64,000 bases of DNA from the NCBI GenBank assembly GCA_047967505.1, contig CM106538.1; one strand, 5' to 3'. Both the position numbers and the translations under genes were made by a program. Below, one piece after another: positions 48,608 through 59,300 of this stretch. The first letter of the stretch is position 1; each line of letters opens with the position of its first letter. Source of the stretch: Dipteris shenzhenensis. Its lineage: Eukaryota. The notes beneath the pieces were generated by a model that was not told where the DNA came from, made no database searches, and saw only the letters and a program-made list of their open reading frames with translations.

Positions 48608-49736
48608 AAGACTGTCCATGCCTCCTCCACTGTGGTGACATGTTAAATTAACGCCATGATAGAATCACTTACACTACAAACAATAGAACACAGTGCATCC
48701 GCATTTCTTCTTGTCCATGCGAGAATCTCATATGTAATTGGTACTATCTATTGTCTTGCATTGGCTAGATTCGGTCTTGCAACCGGCTTCACGTCCACCC
48801 TAGTAGTAGTATCCCAAAGCTCGTATGCACTTAGGATGGTCTTCATCTTGAACTTCCAGAGTGGATAGCTAGTGCCGTCCAACTTTTCGGTTTTACCAAA
48901 TGGTGGGATTCACAATCTTGCGAGCTGGGCCATCTCTCACAATCTGCACACAAACAGAAACAAACTACCAAATCTTCTTGCTAAAGCCCAAGCTCTGATA
49001 CGATGTAAGAAAACAATACAACGTATGTGCTCAACAGATAACAGGATCTCGTATGCAAGGAAAAAAAGCAGATAGTATGGAGAATCAAAATTTTGATTAG
49101 TGTAAAACTGATACAATAGATGGTGCTACCTCCCAGCCGTGCACTCCTGTATGAGAAGCTTCGATGGCATGCTAGAAACAGTAGAAGACGGAGGCTAGAT
49201 GCTAAGGAATCAGGGTTGCTATAGCCAGTGATGATGATGGGCTTCACGGGCGTACTCTTATATAGCCACCAATCGTAGTCGCTTAGACCCAATTGGATGA
49301 CCGACCTAGTCTGCCTAAAATGGCCGACTGGAGGTTGGTCTCGAAATAGGCCACCAACCACATGATAGAACCGTGGCATAAAATAGAGCAACTAACCTAC
49401 GATCACCGTTCGGCCTAGAGCCATCCGGGATCATTTGGGGCTCCAAACGGGCCCTGCAACTTGAGAGTGGGTTGCCCCAAGAATTGCTCCATCTACCCTC
49501 AGTGCGGTCAGTCATGGGATGCCTTCCTGCACTTGCATGTAGCCTAGTTGGCAGTGCGCCAACTCTATCTGAAGTCATCCAGCCATCAAGCCACACATGG
49601 CCCTCATCTGGTGTCCAAACCAGGACCTACCAGATAACCGAGCTACTCAAATGCCTTCTCCTCATATGGGGGGCTTACAAGTAGAGTTAGCTCGTTCCCG
49701 TGTACTTACACGAGAGTGGAGCATTGATATCTAACA
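48608..49736 (-). mobile_element. 5' end of a different copia family: LTR 49004-49736, PBS, gag start
   Basis: TGTAAG...CTAACA LTR; PBS-like gctctgatacga at 48992-49003; gag KLDGTSYPLWKFKMKTILSAYELW. Confidence 0.8.
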
Positions 49737-50905
49737 ACATACTTCAGCTATGAGATGAAGATCTGTTTTGGCTCTTGCCAAACTTCAATCCCCAAATAGA
49801 AATTCATCAGTTCGAGGTCTGTCATTTCAAACTCTCTTCCTAGCAACTGCTTTGTCTGCGAGATCCTCTCTTCATGGTTCCCTATTATGACAAGGTCATC
49901 CACATAAAGAACCATGATCATACACCTGCCTCCTTCTCTATAGATATACAAATTTGCATTAGATGGGCTCCTCTTGAACCCATTTTGTAGAGAGTAGGCA
50001 TCAATCCACTAGTACCATGCTCGTGGGGCCTATTTCAGCCCATAAACTGCCTTCTTCAGTTTATAGACTTTACCTTCTAAACTGAGGATCAAAAAACCTG
50101 GTGGTTGTTCCACGTATTCCTCCTCCTTGAGATCTCCATTCAGAAAGGTGGATTTTACATCCATTTGAAACACGGGCCAACTTTCCTATGCTGCTAAAGC
50201 CAAAACACTGTGAATTGTGGTTAGTCGAGCTGTGGGAGCAAAAGTATTCTGATAATCAAAACCATGTACTTGTGCAAATCCTTTTACCACGAGCCGAGCC
50301 TCTTATCCACGGACTTGTACTTAGTCTTGTACACCCACTTGGTGCCGATGACCTTGCGTTTCGGTGGTCGATCCACAAGGTCCCAAGTGTTGTTCTTCAT
50401 TATGGAGCCATACCTCGACTGCATAGCCTCCATCCACCTATCATCACCCTATGCTTCTTCAAGACACTTGGGTTCTTCAGCACGGATCACCTCTGTCATC
50501 AAAGCGTAGTTGACCAAGTGTTCCTACGCCCTTCTTTGCTCCTCTAATCTCTTGGACCGGTGGTGTTTGGATGATTCCTCCTCAATGGCTGGAGGTTCTC
50601 TACCATCCAAAAGCTGCTTTACCCACTTCAGGAATGGCTGTTGCCATTGTGGTTCTGCAGGCTCTTCTTCCTCTACTTTATCTTCAATCCTCCCAAGCAC
50701 CATTGGGGGAGTTCGGTCTGCTGTTGGTGGTTGTACTGGATGGATATCCCGGTCCTAGTTGTCTGGGAAGGAAGCATCCTCCTCCAATTGATGCGGCTAT
50801 TTTGAGAAGACTACATCGTGACTTACTATTACCTTTTTGGTAACAGGATTATAGAGACGGTAACCCTTCGCCTCTACACTACAGCCCAAGAAAGTACACT
50901 TCCGG
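49737..50905 (-). mobile_element. Copia element F, downstream part (integrase C-terminus/RT), decayed
   Basis: KVIGTKWVYKTK...[13 protein letters not shown]...LYVDDL motifs on the minus strand; continues from 62442 across the TCCGG TSD. Confidence 0.85.
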
Positions 50906-52660
50906 TGTGGGGGTTAAAGGTCACTATGCCTTAACCCCAGTTATGTACAATACTCAAACACATATATAAATGAATGAAAAAAGAAGATTAGGGTGGTTCT
51001 GCACCCACCAAAAACTTGTGTGGCTCTCTGTCTCTCTCTCTCCCTCTCTCTCCTTCTTCCATTCTTGCTTCTGTTGAGAGCACTCTCAACTGGTATCAGA
51101 GGCCGGGTGATCTAGCTGAGCGTGTGTGAATGCTGGAAGCTCAGCAGCTCTGTGGGAGGAAGGAGAAGCTCTGTGGGAAGCTTTGTGGGTGACTTTACTT
51201 ACATCCGAGTGTGCAGAGACCTTGGAGGAACCTTTGGAAAAGTCACTTTGGCTTTGCGAAGTGGTTTTGAGAGCTTGTTAAGAGCTTTCAAAGAAAAAAG
51301 TCGTTTTTTGAGCTTTTCCCTGTTCCGTTCGATGACAAAGACTCCGTATTGACTTGTAGAGGCAACTATTGCTTGCTTTTGGTGTCCACATTACTTCAGG
51401 AGCTTGGAAACACCTTCATTCTTGAATCTGGGATCATTTCAGTGGATTTCTGACTCATTGTATCAGTTCCTGCGTTTTTTGCCCGGGTGTTGGAACTCAA
51501 GTTTGGAGCAACCATTTGCAGATCTGTCAGTTCCGGTGGACTCAGGAGGTCCTAAAACTTCTATGTTGCTCATCATTCGCACTCCGGTGGAGTTTACAGA
51601 TAGCTATGTTTCCAAAAACGTTTTTCAGTCCCTGTGTTGGACCCAGTGATTGAGACCACGGTTTCCAAAACCGTCTGTCCCATTGCGTTCCGGACGCCCA
51701 AAAACCCCTACCTATCAGTTCTTGCGTGATTCGGTGGAAGATTTTCAGAGTTATAAATCTCTGTGTATTCGATTTCGTCTCTCTGTTATGCATTTTTCAT
51801 TCTAAGGTTTTGAAACCTTAGATTTATGCCACATGGCAGTGGATAAGTGTTGACTCCCATTTCTCACTCATCGGTTGGGATTTTGGAGTTCTGGCAGAAG
51901 AGAGATTTTCTTGCTGAGTCCAATTATGCGATGGCGCCCATGTTTTTGAAGCATCTCAGGTCCTATTTTCAGTAGCGCTCATTACCGTGGGACTATGATT
52001 TCTTGAGCATACCTTATGCAGATCACTCTGGTTGCAGTTTGAGCAGTGTGTGCGCTCATTCGTGGTATGCATTGGGTTGCAGTGGATGATTTATAGGCCA
52101 TTTGGATGCATTGCGGTCCTTGTTGGATGCGCTGATAGGCCCAAATTGCCTTGTGGGATGCTATTTTTATGGATGCTTTGCACATGGATGCTATTTTATG
52201 CTGAGGGACAGCTTTGACACATTGCAGGTGACGCACTGATAGTGCTATGCTCTCTTGGATGAGACATTATTGATGCATATGCCAGTGGACAGTGTTTATG
52301 CTTGAGTCATTTGGCACTTATTGGCATTTTCTTTTGGGCCAGATTTGCTCATATGGATGCATAGTATATGCACATGAGTCAGATGCTTTGAGCTTTTGGT
52401 AATATTTCACTCTATTGTGGCATACACATTTGGGTGCACCTAGTATTTGGTGTGATTCTCTCTTGCAGGTACTAGCATTTGGGATTTTGCTTTATTTGCA
52501 TCATGGCATCCTCTTCCACGTCTGAAAAGGAGTTTTTCAGCATTAGAAAGTTTGATGGGACAAACTTTTCTATTGTGGCATACACATTTGGGTGCACCTA
52601 GTATTTGGTGTGATTCTCTCTTGCAGGTACTAGCATTTGGGATTTTGCTTTATTTGCATC

Positions 52661-55600
52661 ATGGCATCCTCTTCCACGTCTGAAAAGGAGTTTTTCAGCA
52701 TTAGAAAGTTTGATGGGACAAACTTTTCTTTGTGGAAAGAACAAATAAGGGATGTGCTTATTCAAAAGAAGCAGATTAAACCCTTGGCAGGGATTGAAGC
52801 TAAGCCTGCAAATATGTCTGAGGATGATTGGAATGAGTTGGATGCATTAGCACAGTCTACTATTAGACTTCATCTTGCAGAGTCAGTTTATTTCACAGTA
52901 GTAAATGAGCAGACTACTGAAGATTTGTGGAAGAAACTGTGTGCCACTTATGAGAAGGAAACTGCCTCTAATAAAGTTTACCTCATGAAGAGGTTGTTTG
53001 AGCTGCAGATGAAGGAAGGGGTCTCCATTGCTTCTCACTTGAATGAATTCAATATTATTTTCAGCCAGCTTCAGGCTCAAAAAATGAATTTTGATGCGGA
53101 GACTAAGGCAATATTTCTCTTATGTTCATTGCCATCCTCATGGGATACCTTCCGTACAGCTATCAGTAACTCTGCACCTGGTGGAGTACTGAAATTTGAT
53201 GATGTTGTGGGTAGCTTGTTGGCCGAGGAGATTAGACGGAAGTCTATGGATGGCAACAAGCAGGATGCAGCCTTAAATGTGCAAAGGGGCAGATCACAGT
53301 TCAGGGGGAAGTCCCAAGAAAGAGGAAAGTCTCGTAGCAAATCCAGGGCACGGAACATTGAGTGTTACCATTGTGGCAAGAAGGGCCATATGAAAAAGGA
53401 TTGCTACAAGCTGAAAAGAGAGCAAAAGAATAAGAAAAAGAATGCAAATTGGGGTGCAAATCAAAAGGAAGAGAGTCCAAGGGAGGACAAAGGAAAAGTG
53501 AAGATCGAGGAGATCAATGCAGTCACACATGATAGTGACAATGATGTTCTCTTCATGTCTAGTTTATCTACAGAGTTGCTTACCACTTCAGATGATGCAT
53601 ATTCCCAGGATTGGATTTTGGATTCTGGTGCTTCATTCCATGTTACTCCCCATAGGGAATGGTTCTCCACTTATGATAGTGGAAAGAAAGGTTGTGTGCA
53701 TCTTGGAAATGACTATGCATGTGACATAGTGGGAGCAGGTGACATAAAGTTTTCTTTTGCAAATGGGTCTGCATTTGTTTTGAAACATGTGAGACATGTG
53801 CCTAAGCTGACCAAGAGTCTTATTTCAGTGGGTCAGCTAGATGATGCTGGTTTTCACACCACTTTTGGCTTTCAGAGTTGGAAAATTCAGAAGGGCTCTA
53901 TGCTTTTGGCCAGGGGTGCCAAGTGTGGGACTTTGTATCCCTTACATGTATCAGGGGTATTTGATCATGTTGTTGCAATAACTGAGCAGCCAAGCACTTC
54001 TCTATGGCATTGCAGGTTGGGGCACATGAGCCAGAATGGAATGAAACTCTTATGCCGTTTGGGTTATGTACTGCATTTGAGTTTCTCTGATTTTGAATTT
54101 TGTGAGCACTGTCTCTATGGGAAGCAGACTAAATCAGCCCATAAAAGAAGGGGAAAGAAAGAGTTTGAAATGCTTGATTTGGTGCATTTAGACATATGTG
54201 GTCCCATGCCTACACGGTCATTAGGCGGGGCTGAATACTATGTGACATTCATTGATGATGCAACTAGGAAAGTGTGGGCTTATGCTATAGCTCGGAAGAG
54301 TGATGTGTTCCAGGTATTTCAGAAATGGCTGGCCTTGGTTGAGAATCAGTCAGGTAGAACGCTTAAATGCCTACGGACTGACAATGGTGGAGAGTATCTC
54401 TCTCATGACTTTCAGCATTTCTGTGATACACGTGGGATTAAGAGGGAGCTCACATCCCCTTGTACTCCAGAGCAAAATCCAGTTGCAGAAAAGATGAACC
54501 ATACCATTCAAGAAAGGTTGCAATGCATGCTTTCCAATGCAAGTCTTTCTGGTGGTTTTTGGGCTGAGGCAATGAAGACTGCAGTGCATGTGATCAGTGC
54601 ATGTGATCAATAGATCACCTAGTAAGAGTTTGGATGGTGGTATTCCTGAAGAGGCATGGAGTGGCAAGAAGCCCTCTTACTCTCATTTGCGTATATTTGG
54701 GTGTGAGGCATATGCACATGTGCCAAAAGAGCTTCGAAAGAAGCTAGATCCTAAGTCTAGGAAATGCATCTTTCTGGGTTATGGTGAAAGTGGAGAGATG
54801 GGCTATCGTCTCTGGGATCCAGAAGTAAAGAAGATCATACGCAGCCATGATGTGGTCTTCAATGAGAAGAAGATGCATAAGGCACCCATGAGGGATGTGG
54901 AAATGAGGAGAATCACTTTCCAGGATGTGAATCCACCTGCATATGTTGATAGACAGCAAGCTGTCCATGCACCAAATGTGCAAGAAATGGTACAACCAAG
55001 TACTCCCACAGGTATACAATCAAGGGTAGATGATGGATCATCTATTGGTGGAAATGATGAGCCAAATGTGGCTGATATCCAAGTGGGACAGCAAGTTGAA
55101 ATTCCCTTGAGAAGATCATCTAGAGTGTCTAGACCTCCTGATAGGTTTGTTCCAGGGGTAGACTATGTGATGCTTACTGATTGCGGGGAGCCTTCTTGTT
55201 ACAAAGAGGCTATGATGCGTGAGGATCAACGCAAGTGGGAGTATGCTATGCAATCAGAGATGATTTCACTTATGAAGAATAAGACTTGGGACTTGGTTTC
55301 TTTGCCACATGGAAAGAAAGCATTGCCATGTAAATGGGTCTACAAAATGAAGGTCACAGGTGATGATGTGCCTAGGTACAAGGCCCGATTGGTTGCTAAA
55401 GGGTTCAAGCAAGAGAAGGGTGTGGACTTTGATGAGATATTCTCTCCGGTTGTGAAGATGACCACACTTAGATGCATGCTTGGACTAGTGGCAGTAGAGG
55501 ATATGGAGCTTATGCAAATGGATGTCAAGACAGCTTTCTTGCATGGGGATTTGCATGAGGAAATTTACATGGTGCAACCGGAAGGTTTTGAAGAAAAGGG

Positions 55601-56304
55601 CAAAGAGCATTTAGTTTGCAAGCTAAAGAAGAGTCTCTATGGTCTTAAGCAAGCACCTAGAGAATGGTATCAGAAGTTTGATGCTTTCATTCGGTCCCAG
55701 GGTTTTAGAAGGAGTGAAATTGATCACTGCCTCTACACTAAAAGGGCTAAGGATAATAGCCTGATAATCTTGGCACTATATGTGGATGATATGCTATTGG
55801 CTAGCAAGAATACTTATGAGCTAGATGCATTAAAGGCCAAGTTGCATGAGGCCTTTGATATGAAGGACTTGGGACTTGCAGGTCATATTCTTGGTATGCG
55901 CATCACGCGTGATCGGAGTAGGAAACTCCTTTGGCTTTCACAAAAAGAGTATGTTACAAAAGTATTACAGCGTTTCAATATGGAGGGGGGGAAGGCAGTG
56001 AGTACTCCATTGCCTCCATATGTGAAACTGAGTCATACAGATAGTCCCAAATCAGATGAGGAAAGGGCCATGATGGCCAAGGTTCCTTATGCATCAGCAG
56101 TTGGGAGTCTTATGTATGCTATGATAGCTACTAGACCAGACATTGCATTTGCAGTGGGAGTTGTTAGCCGGTATATGGCTAATCCAGGAAAGAGGCATTG
56201 GGAGGCAGTTAAGTGCATCATGAGGTACATGAAGGGTACCAAGGAGATGTGCATTTGCTTTGGTAAAGGAGACATGCGTGTACTTGGGTACACAGATTCA
56301 GACT
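52661..56304 (+). pseudogene. Copia G gag-pol (gag, zinc knuckle, protease, integrase, RT); frameshifted at ~54595 and cut by element H
   Basis: ORFs 52637-54613 and 54597-56309: KFDGTNFSLWK, CYHCGKKGHMKKDC, WILDSGAS, LYVDDML. A 13-bp duplication cagtgcatgtgat causes the frameshift. Confidence 0.93.
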
Positions 56305-59300
56305 TGTAAAGAAGAAGGGAGAGAGATAGGAGACTCAAGTTCAGCTTTCTTCACAACACACAAAAGAGAGAGAGGACACAAGGTTGGAGGGTGAAGCCTT
56401 TCTTCACTTTTGCACACAACAACAATACAATAGAAGAGGGAAATACCCTATATGTCAAAACCTAGAATACGTGGTTCATATGTGAACCCAAACCAAAAAC
56501 ATACGTGGTAGTCTAACTACACCACAAGTACAACTAACATAGGCGGTGACATAAATGATAGTCATCCAGGAGATATGTCGGGGATAGAGCTTGATATCTC
56601 AACACTCCCCCTCAAGCTCAAATCCATCTCACGTACACCAAGCAAGCTCCTAAATCTGCGAAGCTTCTCGGTACCCAATGCCTTCGTAAAGATATCAGCC
56701 ACCTGCTCCTCAGTGCTGACATAGACAAGATCAATCTCACCAGCTAGAACCTTCTCTCTCACAAAGTGATAATGCACCTCAATGTGCTTCGTTCTAGCAT
56801 GATAAACTGGGTTATTAGCAAGCATGATGCTGCTAATGTTGTCACAATGAATGACAACTGCTGCATGAACTGACTGTCCCATATCTGCAAGTAGCTTCCG
56901 TAACCAAGCTACCTCACATGCAGCCATTGCTGCACCCCTGTACTCAGCCTCTGTGCTCGACAAGGCAACTGTTGGCTGCTTCTTGCTGCTCCAACTGATG
57001 GCACCACTCCCAAGGGAAAACATAAAACCACTAGTAGATCTCCTGTCTGAGACACTACCAGCCCAGTCAGCATCTGTGTATCCATGTACCTGTAATGCAC
57101 AGCCAGCTTCATAAAACAGTCCATAATGCAATGTGGACTTCACATACCGCAGTATGCGCCTAGCCGCATCCAAATGTGGCTTCCTCGGTGCCTGCATAAA
57201 CTGACTCACCAGCCCCACAGCATAGCTCAAATCTGGTCTGGTTATAGTCATGTAAATCAAGCTACCTACTATGCGCCTGTACATAGTAATATCTTCAAGA
57301 AGCTCACCTGTTTCTGCATTGAGCTTCACATTCTGCTCCAATGGAACAGAAATAGGCTTACAGCCTGTCATCCCATATTTGGACAGCATGTCCAAACCGT
57401 ATTGCCTTTGCAACAGCCATATCCCACTCGGGGATCTAATAACCTCAATGCCCAAGAAGTAACGCAGCTCTCCCAAATCCTTCATCTCAAATTTCTGCTT
57501 CAACAGCAGCTTCACTTCATTAATGTCTGCATCACTATCACCTGTAATAATCAAGTCATCAACATAGATGACTATAAGCACAATCCCTCTGTTTGTCCTT
57601 TTCACATAAAGTGAAAAATCTGAATTGGAAATCTGAAATCCAATAGTGAGAAGATATTGCCCTATCTTGTCTGACCATGCCCTCGGCGCCTGTTTTAAGC
57701 CATACAAGGCTTTGCGCAACCTGCATACAAAATCGGGGTGTGCATTATCCTCATAACCTTCTGGCTGCATCATATAAACCTCTTCCTGCAAGTCACCATG
57801 CAAGAAGGCATTTTTCACATCCATCTGATGCAAAGACCATCCCTTTGCAGCAGCCATAGCAATTACTGCTCTCACGGTTGCCATCCTTGCAACTGGGCTG
57901 AAAGTTTCCTCATAGTCAATTCCATATGTCTGTGCAAAACCTTTGGCAACCAATCTTGCCTTGTACCTGCTAACAGACCCATCAGCATTGTGCTTTACTT
58001 TGTAAACCCACTTGCAGCCAATAGCCTTCTTATCATGAGGCAAAGGCATCAAATCCCAAGTGTGGTTTGCATCCAAGGCAGCCATCTCTTCATCCATAGC
58101 TGCTTCCCAATTTTTATGCCCTGCTGCATCCTCAAAACATGTGGGCTCAGGCTCCTCTAGAACCTTGACCATATAAGCATAGTGATGTGCTGTATACCCA
58201 TCATATCTCAGCCTGTCAACTGGATACTTAATACGAGTGGACCTCCGTACAACTGGATCAGTTGCAGGAGTCTTTAAATCATGCCTGCTTTTCCTTGCAC
58301 CAGGTGTAACAACAGAAGGAATCCCAAGTTCCTCATCAAGGCTCATTTCAGAGCCGCTTGACTCTCCATCAACATGAGAGCTACCAGCAGACACATCAAA
58401 CACTGGAGCATGGTCCACTTTTTCTTTTCCCTTATGTGATACCTGCACAACACTATCAGGGCTGCCATGTGACGATTCACTAGATCTCAATCTCCCTGTC
58501 CATGCATTAGATCCACTAGTAGAGGGCTCTCTGGGTCCACTCAAGGCTTGAGATTGCTGCTCTGCATTTATTGCAGCATTCCCATTTCCTGCATCTGCAT
58601 CTCCTACCATAACAGTTGGTGCATACCAGCTGCTCATTTCATCAAAAACAACATCTCTGCTCACTTGCATTTTGCGGGTGGAAGGGTTATAACAGCGATA
58701 CCCTTTCTGGTGCTGAGCATATCCAATAAAGATGCATTTTTCTGCCTTTGGATCCAGCTTTGTTCTCTTCTCATCAGGAACATGAACATAAGCTATGCAA
58801 CCAAATACCTTCAAGTGAGAAATATCTGGTTTTTGGCCTGTATACATTTCTTCAGGCGTCATGCCATGGACAGCTGCAGTGGGGGTTCTGTTCATAATAT
58901 AAACAGCAGTTGCTACTGCTTCAGCCCAAAAATAATCAGGCATGTTTTTCTCATTTAGGATCGCCCGTCCTACTTCTGCAATATGCCTGTTCTTCCTTTC
59001 TGCAACCCCATTCTGCTGAGGGGTAGACCTGCATGAGTACTTCCTTTGAATTCCCTGTTCTTTCAGATATTCACAAAATTCTTCTGAAAAGTACTCTCCC
59101 CCTCCATCAGATCTTAGCACTTTAATATGCACACCTTTCTCTTTTTCAACCATGGCCTTAAAAGCCTTGAAGTGGCTGAACACTTCACTTTTGTGCTTCA
59201 TAAAATAAATCCACACCTTCCTAGTGTAGTCATCAATAAACGTCACATAATAATGGCATCCACCAATAGAAGCAGCTTTGGTTGTCCAAACATCTGAATG

